Assembly: GCA_964619725.1 (NCBI GenBank)
Contig: CAZUFC010000074.1
Span: 1-41,415 of the forward strand
Origin: an uncultured bacterium
Lineage (GTDB): Bacteria > CSSED10-310 > CAZUFC01
Direction of reading: 5' to 3'
Length of the DNA stretch: 41,415 bases
The notes below the pieces were generated by a model, which saw only the letters and a program-made list of their open reading frames with translations, did no database searches and was not told where the DNA came from. This document shows positions 10,457-19,944 of this stretch, piece after piece. Each line of letters begins with the position of its first letter. Positions within the stretch are counted from its first letter, which is position 1. The position numbers were made by a program, and so were the translations under genes.

Positions 10457-10686
10457 TTTACCTTCTTTACCTTTCCTGAAAGTCGTCTCACTCCTTTACG
10501 AACACTCATACTTTTGAGTACCTTCATCCATTGTAACTTAAAATTTTTCCGGCTTGAAAGTCAACGCCCGATAAGGCGTCCGAATTATCTTGAAAAAAAA
10601 TCCTCAGGGTTTTATGATCTTAAAGTTTTCGTGCGACCGGCGTATGGAACCTGCGATTTTGATCATGTCTTCCGAGGAGGTAATAA

Positions 10687-12000
10687 ATGAAACGTAAAAA
10701 GATTATCATCATGGGCGCTGCGGGGAGAGATTTCCACAACTTCAACGTCTATTTCAGAGATAACGATGAATTTGAAGTCGTTTGCTTTACCGCAACTCAG
10801 ATTCCGGATATTCATGGTAGAAAATATCCTGTTGAACTGGCCGGAAAACTCTATCCGGACGGTATTCCCATTTATGATGAAAAAGAACTGAGCGGCTTAA
10901 TTAAACAACACGAAGCCGATAAAGTGGTTTTTTCTTACAGCGATGTTCCTCACTCTTATGTTATGGATAAAGCTTCGATCGTCAATGCGGCAGGCGCTGA
11001 TTTCGTGTTGCTTAGTCCGAAAAATACTATGCTTAAAAGCAAAAAACCGGTTATTTCCATATGCGCAGTCCGAACAGGATGCGGAAAAAGCCAGACCACC
11101 CGTCGAGTCTGCGAAATACTGCAATCCTTCGGCAAAAAAGTTTCGGTCATCAGACACCCCATGCCTTATGGAGACCTGGCGAAACAAATAGCGCAAAGAT
11201 TTGCCGATTATGAAGACTTGGACAGGCATGAATGCACCATCGAAGAAAGAGAAGAATATGAACCGCATATCGACAGGGGGTTCATCGTATATGCCGGCGT
11301 TGATTACCAGCGCATTCTGGACATGGCCGAACAGGAATCCGATATTATTCTCTGGGACGGCGGCAACAACGATTTCTCTTTTTATGAATCCGATTTCTAC
11401 CTGGTGGTGGCCGACCCCCACAGAGCCGGTCATGAATTATCCTACTACCCCGGAGAAATAAATTTCCTGATGGCCGACGCGATTCTTATCAATAAAATGG
11501 ATACTGCAGATAAGGAAAATGTCGATGTTATCATGCAAAACATCCGTGCATATAATCCCAATGCCGATGTCCTGAAAGCTGAATCCCCCGTTACTGTCTC
11601 GGAACCGGAAAAAGTCAAAGGAAAACGCGTTCTCGTCGTCGAAGACGGTCCCACGCTTACTCACGGCGGAATGAAATTCGGCGCAGGCGTCGTTGCTGCT
11701 AAAAAACTGGGCGCTTCAGAATTAGTGGACCCCAGACCCTTTGCCGTTAATTCCATCGCTTCCGTCTACGAAAAATACGCTCACCTCGATGCCCTGCTTC
11801 CCGCGATGGGATATGGCGCCGACCAGGTTAAAGACCTAGAAGATACCATCAACCGAATACCCTGCGATCTCGTCGTCATCGGCACCCCCATCGACTTGAC
11901 CAGAGTCGTCAATATCAATAAACCCTCCGTCCGCGTCAAATATGATCTTAAAGAGATCAGCAAGCCAGACCTGGAAACATTACTGCAAAAGTTCAAATAG
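10687..12000 (+). CDS. COG2403 P-loop NTPase, usually annotated cyclic 2,3-diphosphoglycerate synthase-like; probable arginine synthetase (ArcE) family
   Basis: MGAAGRDFHNFN N-terminus, AVRTGCGKS P-loop, RHPMPYG, TIEEREEYE, WDGGNND and EDGPTLTHG motifs; strong GAGGAGG RBS. Confidence 0.75.
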   Translation: MKRKKIIIMGAAGRDFHNFNVYFRDNDEFEVVCFTATQIPDIHGRKYPVELAGKLYPDGIPIYDEKELSGLIKQHEADKVVFSYSDVPHSYVMDKASIVNAAGADFVLLSPKNTMLKSKKPVISICAVRTGCGKSQTTRRVCEILQSFGKKVSVIRHPMPYGDLAKQIAQRFADYEDLDRHECTIEEREEYEPHIDRGFIVYAGVDYQRILDMAEQESDIILWDGGNNDFSFYESDFYLVVADPHRAGHELSYYPGEINFLMADAILINKMDTADKENVDVIMQNIRAYNPNADVLKAESPVTVSEPEKVKGKRVLVVEDGPTLTHGGMKFGAGVVAAKKLGASELVDPRPFAVNSIASVYEKYAHLDALLPAMGYGADQVKDLEDTINRIPCDLVVIGTPIDLTRVVNINKPSVRVKYDLKEISKPDLETLLQKFK

Positions 12001-12056
12001 CGCCTGTCCACAAACTCGATTCACGATTCAAATTTTTATGCTGGACAGTCGCTGAG

Positions 12057-12095
12057 GTTTCTGATCCATCCCGCGGCGCAGGATGGATCAGAAAC
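12057..12095. terminator. 15-bp perfect inverted repeat between convergent genes (terminator or REP-like)
   Basis: GTTTCTGATCCATCC (12057-12071) pairs with GGATGGATCAGAAAC (12081-12095). No clear U-tract. Confidence 0.5.
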
Positions 12096-12272
12096 TACTC
12101 ATCATCGTTTGATCAGCAAAATTTGACGAAGTTTTCTTTAAGGGATAAAACTATAATTCCCGGCGAACTTTTGATGCTTCGTTCTTTCCCTTAATGGCCC
12201 GTGTCTGAGTCCAAAACTGAGCGAATGCCGTTCAACTTTGAAAGAGAGATCGAAAAAAGTCGAAGAAGACGA

Positions 12273-12356
12273 ATTGCGAGCCCGATACCGACCCCGATTA
12301 CTGAAACAAACTGTCAAAAGCTTTGAAAGAAGTGTAACCACGGTTTGATCAGTCCC
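12273..12356 (+). repeat. Dispersed intergenic repeat, copy 1
   Basis: Matches 14573-14656 at 75 of 84 positions, ungapped (counted by eye). Confidence 0.9.
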
Positions 12357-12422
12357 GTTTTTTCTATTCAACTGCCTCTCAATGATTCGTAATGTTACGG
12401 ACAGCGCCGGCCCACAAAAAGA

Positions 12423-13331
12423 TTAATTTACCGGCTTTTTGATTCGTATTAATTTTTCCAGCGCCAGACGGTACAATATATTCAACGCCTGAAGCCTCTC
12501 CAGAGAACTCTTCGAGATCACTTTTTTTACGCTTGCCTCACCGTCTATCAGCGAATATATCTCCCATCCCTGTTTACCAAGCATTTTCAGATGATATGAC
12601 GCCTTGTAGTCCGTCAGGTTCTTTCGCGTCAAAACAGGAATATGTCTTTCCGATTTGAGGTAATGAAATACCTCTTCCTCGAATTCCTCCTGTGCTTTTT
12701 CATAATATGACTTCGCTTTTTTATCGTCCGGGTTCCTCGCCAACTCGCTGCCGAAAATTTTCAACGCCTCCATGTAATCCTTTTTCAGCAAAGCTCCCTT
12801 GCCGCTTCTCAATATCTCGTTCTCGCCAGTATCTTCATCCTGACCCTCATCAATATCTTCTGTTCCAGGATAATCCACCGTTATTACGGGAGAGGGAGAC
12901 ACCGAACTCTCTTCACCCTCCGGCCCCACAAATCTGTCTTTCATGCGAAACAGGCTTAACATGACCGTCAATAATTCCGATAAATGAATGGGTTTCACTA
13001 AATATCCGTCCGCTCCTACTCCAAGCCCTTCCACTCGCTGTCTGAGTTGTTTGCGAACCGTTACGAATAAAAAGAGAATCTCCGAATTTTTCGGGTCCTG
13101 CCTTACCTTGCGGCAAAAATTCAAACCGTCCGTATCCGGCATCTCTATATCTGATATGATCATATCGAATGTATTATTCTCCAATAACTTTAAAGCCTCA
13201 TCCGCATTCTCCGCCCACATCGGCCTCAAGCCGGAACGCCTTAAGAATCTACTGAATAATTCTGCTGTGGATACCTCATCCTCCACCAGAAGTACCTTTT
13301 TGTCTTTTAACGCATCTTGGTCATTCTTCAT
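12423..13331 (-). CDS. Orphan response regulator: receiver, acidic linker, TPR-like helices, winged-helix-like C-terminus
   Basis: VLLVEDE, ISDIEMP (phosphoacceptor Asp), FVT and VKP motifs; AAGGAG RBS; paralogue of 13417-14355. Confidence 0.85.
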   Translation of the reverse strand: MKNDQDALKDKKVLLVEDEVSTAELFSRFLRRSGLRPMWAENADEALKLLENNTFDMIISDIEMPDTDGLNFCRKVRQDPKNSEILFLFVTVRKQLRQRVEGLGVGADGYLVKPIHLSELLTVMLSLFRMKDRFVGPEGEESSVSPSPVITVDYPGTEDIDEGQDEDTGENEILRSGKGALLKKDYMEALKIFGSELARNPDDKKAKSYYEKAQEEFEEEVFHYLKSERHIPVLTRKNLTDYKASYHLKMLGKQGWEIYSLIDGEASVKKVISKSSLERLQALNILYRLALEKLIRIKKPVN

Positions 13332-13416
13332 GCTTTTCTCCGTTACTCCTTCTGAAAACGCAAGTCAACCTTACCGCCCGGCAGCGTTTCGTCTATACTC
13401 TATTACAGCTCGTCTT

Positions 13417-14355
13417 TCAGGCTGAGTTCACGCCTATCAGATTCTCACGAGCTAAATGATCCAGAATATTCAGCGTCTTGTACTTCCCTAACCCGCTGAC
13501 TGAATAAATGTCTCCGATGTTGGAACGCCCGTTTACCAGCGAAAAAACATATACTTCATCCTTGTTGAGATTCTTAATCTTTTCGTCCGACATCTCTTTC
13601 TTTCTGAAAGGAATATGTTTCTTCGACTCCAATATTGAATATACATGCTTCTCAAAGTTGAAGCGAGCGTAATTCAAAAACTTTCGAATCGTAGAATTTC
13701 CCGGATGAGCTTTCAAATCTTTCTCCCAGATTTGCATCGCTATAATGAAATTTTTCGCCTGGAAAGCTTCCATCCCTCTCTTGAACAAGTCGCTCTGATC
13801 AGCCGCTATCGACTCAAAATCAAGTCCTTCCTCTTCAACGACAGAATTCATGTTCTCTTTCGCCTTTGTCGCCGACTTATTGCCGGAATTGACCTTCATT
13901 CTGCCGTTTCCCCCTGGATGATCTTTCGCTGAAGAATTCGTTACCCTTTTGATGTATCTCTCCTTCAAACGAAACAAAGTAACCATTGTGGACAGCAATT
14001 CCGACAAATGCAACGGCTTGGACAAGAATCCGTCCGCACCGGCAGATAAACCTTCTACTCTCTGCCTGAGCTGCTTTCTGACCGTCACGAACAAAAATAA
14101 AACGTCCGAATAACGGGGATGTCGGCGTACCCTGCGACACAAATTTATTCCGTCCATTATGGGCATTTCAATATCAGCGATTATCATATCGTAATTCTTC
14201 TTCTCTAACTCCGTCAGAGCCTCAGCTCCGTTCGCCGCCCAAGTCACGTTCATTCCCTGACGTTCGAGAAAACATCGAAACAAATCGGCAGTACTTGTAT
14301 TGTCCTCTACAAGCAGAATAATTTTACTTTTCAGCATATCGGTTTCAGCTTTCAT
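13417..14355 (-). CDS. Orphan response regulator, paralogue of the adjacent gene
   Basis: ILLVEDN, IADIEMP and SKP motifs; shares LFLFVTVRKQLRQRVEGL with its neighbour; GGAGG RBS. Confidence 0.85.
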   Translation of the reverse strand: MKAETDMLKSKIILLVEDNTSTADLFRCFLERQGMNVTWAANGAEALTELEKKNYDMIIADIEMPIMDGINLCRRVRRHPRYSDVLFLFVTVRKQLRQRVEGLSAGADGFLSKPLHLSELLSTMVTLFRLKERYIKRVTNSSAKDHPGGNGRMKVNSGNKSATKAKENMNSVVEEEGLDFESIAADQSDLFKRGMEAFQAKNFIIAMQIWEKDLKAHPGNSTIRKFLNYARFNFEKHVYSILESKKHIPFRKKEMSDEKIKNLNKDEVYVFSLVNGRSNIGDIYSVSGLGKYKTLNILDHLARENLIGVNSA

Positions 14356-14394
14356 CCAAACCCCTCCACCCTTAGCCCTGCATTCGTCTTTTAT

Positions 14395-14423
14395 ATTTTA
14401 AAATTTACATTATATAATGTCAA
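14395..14423 (-). promoter_or_regulatory. Sigma70 promoter overlapped by a 14-bp perfect palindrome (candidate operator)
   Basis: TTGACA-N17-TAAAAT on the minus strand; palindrome ACATTATATAATGT at 14407-14420. Confidence 0.7.
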
Positions 14424-14572
14424 CTTTATCTTCATTTCCAAAATTCCCTCTCTGAAAATACTCTCGCAACCGACCCTCTTTCCTCTCTCCCCGTCTTTCC
14501 CCAAAAAAGGGCATTGAACTAAAATACGTCTTCTAAGGTCACAATTCGACACTATCCCGTCATTTTGTTTCG

Positions 14573-14656
14573 ATTGCGATCCCGATACCGACCTCGTTTA
14601 CTGAAACAAACTGTCAAAAGTTTTTAAAATAGTGTAACCTCGATTTGATCAGTCCC
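14573..14656 (+). repeat. Dispersed intergenic repeat, copy 2
   Basis: Direct repeat of 12273-12356. Similarity to copy 3 extends left to about 14535. Confidence 0.9.
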
Positions 14657-14697
14657 AAAAAAAGAAGCCGTACCCGTGCTTCATTCACAGATACGGC
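14657..14697 (-). terminator. Intrinsic terminator
   Basis: Minus-strand GCCGUAUCUGUG pairs with CACGGGUACGGC (12 bp, with two G-U pairs that only work on this strand), followed by UUCUUUUUUU. Confidence 0.75.
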
Positions 14698-14995
14698 CGC
14701 GACTCAGGGGTTTTCTTTCATCAGCTCTGCCGGCCACCCGAAAAAACGGGTACGAGGGGTAACGTTTTCGACCGGCTTCACATTTTTGGAAAATCGCATC
14801 TATTCGACTTGCAGCGGCCCTCTTTATAGTAAACATTGGGATTTTCCCGGTAATACATTTTTACCGCCGCAATTGCAACGCAGGACGGCGATCTTCCGGT
14901 TTACAGGCGAAATTTCATCATCTCGCCTTCCTTTGCCTGCGTCTGCTCAACTTAAATTATCGTTACTTCGGCCTCCTTTCTTTCGTTATTTCCGG
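14657..14995 (-). ncRNA. Candidate ~340-nt sRNA or structured leader
   Basis: Bounded by a sigma54-like promoter and an intrinsic terminator; no convincing ORF; several hairpins. Confidence 0.35.
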
Positions 14996-15005
14996 CATAT
15001 CTTAA

Positions 15006-15021
15006 AGCAAAAGCCTTGCCG
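15006..15021 (-). promoter_or_regulatory. Sigma54 (RpoN)-type -24/-12 promoter
   Basis: CGGCAAGGCTTTTGCT has the exact GG-N10-GC spacing of the TGGCACG-N4-TTGCW consensus. Confidence 0.55.
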
Positions 15022-15444
15022 GCCTGCCGATTTCCTGTATTTATCAGTAAAATAATGCTTTTATTTATTCCCTTCCGACCAGCCGCTATTTTCTGGTCAA
15101 AACTGTTCCGGGAGGTCTCTCAATTAGGGCCGCATCACAAACGCCGGAGCGAGTTATTCTTATGAAATAATTTAAAAACAAGGTGTTACGAACAGTATCC
15201 ATATTACACGGCGACAAAGGGCCGTTGTATCCAAAAGAAACAGTCCCGTTAAAGTTTGACTGCATACTTTTGTAGATGTTATTTATTGTTTTGAGAGTTT
15301 GCGGTGGACCGGAGCATTCGACTGCTGTGAACTCGCGTTATCTTGCAGACGATAAAGTTTAAGAGAGAACGAATTGATGAGAAAATTTTTTGAAAAAAAA
15401 ATTAAAGATTCGATAAAACAATTGCGTTTATTTGGAGAAGTAAT

Positions 15445-17007
15445 ATGAGAAAAAACAGAATCGGCGGCCGCGTATACTGGTTGTTTGCGGCGCTTGTAAT
15501 ATTGATCATCAGTTATGTGGGAGCTTACGACGAGGGTCAGGAAGTTCGCGAGACGCTGGATTTAACGACCCAGGTCTACACATTGATAACGAAGCATGCG
15601 GCTGAGCCTACGGAGCCTCAGGAATTGATATTCGACGGCATTCGCGGGATGTTGAGAACGCTTGATCCCCATACGCATTTTCTGGATTCCAAGACGTATA
15701 ATTACATGCGTGAAGAACAGGAGGGCAGTTTTTTCGGTATAGGAATATCTTTTGACATTCGGGAGGGAGTGCTGACGGTCATATCGCCGATAGAAGGCAC
15801 GCCGGCGTATGAAGCGGGAATAATGGCCGGCGACCGTATAGTAGCGATTGAGGGGGTATCGACGACTGGCATAACGACGTCGGAAGTGATCAACAAGCTT
15901 CGGGGCAAGCAGGGAACGCCCGTAACTATAACGATAGATCGTATGGGAATGGCTGAAACGTTCGACGTAACGCTGATAAGGGACAGGATTCCGTTAAAAA
16001 GCGTCCAGTATCCCATCATGTTGGACTCAAAGACGGGGTATGTAAGGGTCATTAATTTCGCTTCTTCAACCCGTGATGAGTTGCTGGAGGTGTTAAATCA
16101 ACTGAAGAAGCGCGGGATGGAGCAATTCATACTTGATCTGAGAAACAATTCAGGAGGATTGTTGGCAGCGGCCAATAAAGTTTCCGCCCTGTTTCTCCAA
16201 CCCGGACAAATGATCGTATCTACCCGCGGCAGAATACGAGGCTCGAACATGAAGTTCACGGTTCCCGATGATGAAGATACCTGGGATGTGCCGTTGATCG
16301 TTCTTGTCAACGAATGGAGCGCCAGCGCCTCTGAGATTGTTGCCGGAGCGGTTCAGGATCATGATCGGGGACTTATTCTGGGTGCGGAAACGTTCGGAAA
16401 GGGGCTGGTGGGCAGTCTTTATTCTCTGAAAAATGATTGCGCTTTACAGGTTACCACGGCTCAATATTATACGCCATCAGGAAGATTCATTCAGAAGCCT
16501 TACGACATTCCTCACAGAAAGCAGGCGCAAACAGGCGCTCAAGGCGCAAAAGAAGAAACACAGGAGACGTTTTACACTGAATCGGGCAGAGAGGTTTACA
16601 GTGAGGGAGGAATAAATCCGGACGTTTACATAGAAGATGAGCTGGTGTCTGATCTTGAGATACAGTTGAACCGTCTGCATTATTTTAATTTTGCTATTTC
16701 TTATGTGTCTGATCATGAAGTGACGAAAGAACTTGAGATAACAGATGAGATTCTGGAAGAATTCCGTCGTTTTTTGATCGACAATGAAGCGGAATTTCAT
16801 AAAGAGAGTTTCCTGACGCTGAAAGATAAAATCAAAAACGGTTTAAAGGCACGCATATTATCGGTAGCTCTGGAAGACCCTCAGATAGGCTATGAGGTGA
16901 CGCTGAAAGAGCAGCCTCACATTAAAAAAGCAATGGAGCTGTTTCCCAGGATTAACGAGATGATAGCGGAAAAAGACCGGGTGGCAGACCGTTCAGACGG
17001 CGAATAG
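15445..17007 (+). CDS. ctpA: S41 carboxy-terminal processing protease with a PDZ domain
   Basis: LDPHT, GIGI PDZ loop, DLRNNSGG, SASASEI (catalytic Ser), TFGKG (catalytic Lys), YYTPSG and GINPD motifs. Confidence 0.9.
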   Translation: MRKNRIGGRVYWLFAALVILIISYVGAYDEGQEVRETLDLTTQVYTLITKHAAEPTEPQELIFDGIRGMLRTLDPHTHFLDSKTYNYMREEQEGSFFGIGISFDIREGVLTVISPIEGTPAYEAGIMAGDRIVAIEGVSTTGITTSEVINKLRGKQGTPVTITIDRMGMAETFDVTLIRDRIPLKSVQYPIMLDSKTGYVRVINFASSTRDELLEVLNQLKKRGMEQFILDLRNNSGGLLAAANKVSALFLQPGQMIVSTRGRIRGSNMKFTVPDDEDTWDVPLIVLVNEWSASASEIVAGAVQDHDRGLILGAETFGKGLVGSLYSLKNDCALQVTTAQYYTPSGRFIQKPYDIPHRKQAQTGAQGAKEETQETFYTESGREVYSEGGINPDVYIEDELVSDLEIQLNRLHYFNFAISYVSDHEVTKELEITDEILEEFRRFLIDNEAEFHKESFLTLKDKIKNGLKARILSVALEDPQIGYEVTLKEQPHIKKAMELFPRINEMIAEKDRVADRSDGE

Positions 17008-17035
17008 GTTCACGTTTTTTCAGAATCCCGAACTG

Positions 17036-18331
17036 ATGGAAATACTCATTATAAGTCCAAAATGGGAAAAATATCGTCATTGGCCCTATTACATGCCGCT
17101 GCTGGGCCCTTTGACCGTCGCAGGGATAACTCCGCCGTCTCACAATGTGACTTATGTGGATGAGAACACGACGGAGATAGATTTCGATGCCGCTCCTGAC
17201 CTGGCGGTAATATCAGCTATGACGGCTCAAGCCCGGCGCGGTTATGAAATTGCCGACGAATTCAGAAAAAAGGGAATCAAAGTGGTTATGGGGGGCTTGC
17301 ACGCTTCTTTAATGCCTGATGAAGCTTTGCAACATGCTGACGTGGTGGCTGCCGGAGAAGCCGAAGAATTGTGGTCCCTTATTCTTGATGACTTCTCGGC
17401 TTCACAACAGCGCCCGCTTTACCTGCAGGAGGAATTTGCGGACCTGTCGTGCGGCCGGTGGGCTTCTGCCAGGAGGGATTTGATAAATCCGCAGGGATAT
17501 ACGAAAACGCCGGAAGGCCGTCGCGTTTTGGAACCTGTTCAGGCCGGCAGGGGTTGCACCAGAAATTGCGAGCATTGTAATGTTTCCTTGATTAACGGAA
17601 CTCGATTCAGGACCAGACCCCTCAATGACATCGTTAGGGAAATCCGACGTATCGAAAGCGAATACCTCTTTTTCGTCGACGATGCTCTGCCGGATCAAAG
17701 AAAATTTTTTACTGAATTGTTTCAGTTGATGAAGCCGTTGAATCGAAGATGGATTTCAGTGGGGGGCCTCAACCTGGCCGAGCATCCGGAATATCTGAAG
17801 TTGATCCGTGAAAGCGGGTGCAGGGCTTTATATATCGGTTTTGATCGCCTGAGCACGCACTGGAGGAGAGAAGATGCGGCATATGCGGCCCACGAACTTT
17901 ATCGATTAGACCTGAAAAAGCATGACGTCGCAGTCAGACGCGATTTCATCGTAAACAGAAAAAAATGTTTGGATGCGGTTAATCGAATACGGGACGAAGG
18001 AATCGCCGTTATCGGGACGTTCGCTTTCGGTTTCGATCAGGACGATGAATCCGTCTTTGAAGAAACCCTGGAATTTCTGACGAAAGCAGATGTGGAGCTG
18101 GCCGATTTCGCGGTATTGACGCCTTACCCGAAATCGCCGCTTGCCGTGAGACTCCAAAAAGAAAATCGAATATTACATTATAACTGGAAACTGTATAACG
18201 GATGCCATGCTGTTTTCCGTCCGAAAAACATGTCGCCGGAGAGACTGGAGGAAAAAACGGAGTGGGTCTGGAATTGCTTTAATGAAAAAAAATCGATTTT
18301 CAGGCGTATGATTGAAACTTTCCGCCGTTGA
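17036..18331 (+). CDS. B12-binding domain radical SAM protein
   Basis: N-terminal cobalamin-binding domain (VVMGGLHAS, GEAE); RGCTRNCEHC CxxxCxxC motif; FFVDD; LTPYP. Confidence 0.9.
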   Translation: MEILIISPKWEKYRHWPYYMPLLGPLTVAGITPPSHNVTYVDENTTEIDFDAAPDLAVISAMTAQARRGYEIADEFRKKGIKVVMGGLHASLMPDEALQHADVVAAGEAEELWSLILDDFSASQQRPLYLQEEFADLSCGRWASARRDLINPQGYTKTPEGRRVLEPVQAGRGCTRNCEHCNVSLINGTRFRTRPLNDIVREIRRIESEYLFFVDDALPDQRKFFTELFQLMKPLNRRWISVGGLNLAEHPEYLKLIRESGCRALYIGFDRLSTHWRREDAAYAAHELYRLDLKKHDVAVRRDFIVNRKKCLDAVNRIRDEGIAVIGTFAFGFDQDDESVFEETLEFLTKADVELADFAVLTPYPKSPLAVRLQKENRILHYNWKLYNGCHAVFRPKNMSPERLEEKTEWVWNCFNEKKSIFRRMIETFRR

Positions 18332-18355
18332 CATTTGACATGCATCTGATATTCT
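18328..18355 (+). promoter_or_regulatory. Possible internal sigma70 promoter
   Basis: TTGACA-N16-TATTCT upstream of the OMP gene. Confidence 0.4.
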
Positions 18356-18412
18356 TGAGTTGCTTTCACGGCAAATGAAACTAACGACGGTACTGCGATT
18401 CAGGAGGATTAA

Positions 18413-19486
18413 ATGAAACAAAACAGCAAGATTATCACGGCGATTTTTTGTTTTTCAGCAATTTTCAGTTTTAACGCGCAGGCGCGATGGTTCCCCTTGT
18501 TTGATTTCAGGACCGCGCCTATGGCGGATACGGGCATAGCCATCGACAATTGGGAATACGGTTCGCCGGCGACCCTTAATCCTGCTTCTGCAGCTTATAT
18601 CGAGCGCTTTTCAGCGGACGTCGCCTATGGGAATCTGGAACCCGATGAGGACCCCATCGATACGGACATTTACAATTTTAAAATCGCTTATGTTTTCAAA
18701 GGACCGGTCTTCTGCCTGAATTATCAGACACAGCGTTACGATACATGGGAAGAAAAACGGTTCAAAACGGGTTACGAATTCAAAGCCGCTTATAAACTGC
18801 TCAGCGACAAACTGGCATTAGGAGCGGGACTGCTGATGTGGAACTATGAGGAAGAGGGACTCTTCTATTACGGTTCAGCCCAATCTCAGTCACGCTGGAA
18901 CATCGACACCGGCTATGAATTGACCTTCAAGGGCGGGGCCGTTTTTCGGATCAACGATCAGTTTTCTCTTGCAGCGATGTATTCTTCGGAAAGCGATGCG
19001 TCCGAGCATAAAAATGCGCCGGCGCCCGGAGAAAACGAAAGCCAGGAAGAGCCGGCAGTCATTTTCGGAGCGATACCTCAGGAGTACGGCATAGGCATCG
19101 CCTATCACGCAGGCTTCCTGGAAGGACTTTCCTTTTTCCTGGATTACAAATCCTACGATGATGCAACTCTCGATAAGCAGATCAATGATACTTCCTATCA
19201 ATTCGAAATCGAAGGAAATTCCATAGCCTCTCTGGGAACGGAATACGTCCATCATTTCAAAACCGGAAGCCGTTTCTTCGCCAGGGGAGGCCTGGCCTTC
19301 AATGAAGAGTCGGAACTGGACAAATATGGCCTGGGGGTCGGAATATCCTTGCCGGGTGGACTTTACAGCGATCTTATCTTCCAGTTTCGCGATATTTACA
19401 CGCCAGAAAACGATGAAGAAAACGGGGAAACAATCGAAACGGATAAATCTTTGATTGCGCTCAGAGTCGGATGGTACATTCTTTAA
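18413..19486 (+). CDS. Outer-membrane beta-barrel protein (FadL/PorV-like)
   Basis: Signal peptide ending AQA, early NPA motif, alternating aromatic/Gly beta-strands, C-terminal LRVGWY. Confidence 0.65.
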   Translation: MKQNSKIITAIFCFSAIFSFNAQARWFPLFDFRTAPMADTGIAIDNWEYGSPATLNPASAAYIERFSADVAYGNLEPDEDPIDTDIYNFKIAYVFKGPVFCLNYQTQRYDTWEEKRFKTGYEFKAAYKLLSDKLALGAGLLMWNYEEEGLFYYGSAQSQSRWNIDTGYELTFKGGAVFRINDQFSLAAMYSSESDASEHKNAPAPGENESQEEPAVIFGAIPQEYGIGIAYHAGFLEGLSFFLDYKSYDDATLDKQINDTSYQFEIEGNSIASLGTEYVHHFKTGSRFFARGGLAFNEESELDKYGLGVGISLPGGLYSDLIFQFRDIYTPENDEENGETIETDKSLIALRVGWYIL

Positions 19487-19557
19487 TGTAGTCTTTGCCC
19501 GGAATATTCTTAAAATTGCTCGGGTGCTCACTTTACGGTGAATGTGAGGAAAAACAC

Positions 19558-19896
19558 ATGCTAACTGGATACAATTCCGAAGTAAGATACAAAGGTTTAG
19601 TTTATCACATTCAAACTCAGGACAAGGGCAGAAACAATCCCAAAATCGAAACCACCGTTTACAGAAAAGGAGCCGTGCAGGATACCAGGAGAATTTCGTA
19701 CGAGGATATACTGCCTTCGGATTGCCTCGAAGAAGTAGTGGCGGAATTGATGAAAGAACTGCATGAAAAAACGGTGGAAGATATAAAATCGGGTTTTTTC
19801 TCCGATGGTGAAGATACGGGAGTATTTCGGCTGAAAAGGGAAACAAGGAAAAAACTGGAAAAAGTGATCGTCCAATATCTCAACCAGAACGGCTGA
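19558..19896 (+). CDS. Small hypothetical protein
   Basis: ATG 19558 follows GAGG; begins MLTGYNSEVRYKGLVYHIQTQDKG; fills the gap between co-oriented genes. Confidence 0.75.
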   Translation: MLTGYNSEVRYKGLVYHIQTQDKGRNNPKIETTVYRKGAVQDTRRISYEDILPSDCLEEVVAELMKELHEKTVEDIKSGFFSDGEDTGVFRLKRETRKKLEKVIVQYLNQNG

Positions 19897-19944
19897 TTAA
19901 TCGAACATTCATCGGCCATTGCTTCCCTTATCTATACCCTTTTC

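Noticed and set aside
14700-14775. Hammerhead ribozyme or fluoride riboswitch (CUGAUGA and GAAA on the minus strand)
   Set aside because: Stems I and II cannot form around the core, and the 5' GGNGAUG/pseudoknot elements of the fluoride aptamer are missing.
14645-15055. 136-aa plus-strand ORF
   Set aside because: It starts inside a dispersed repeat, has no RBS or protein-like features, and overlaps minus-strand promoter and terminator signals.
18890-19846. 318-aa minus-strand ORF
   Set aside because: It is antisense to two well-supported plus-strand genes and has no recognisable domain.
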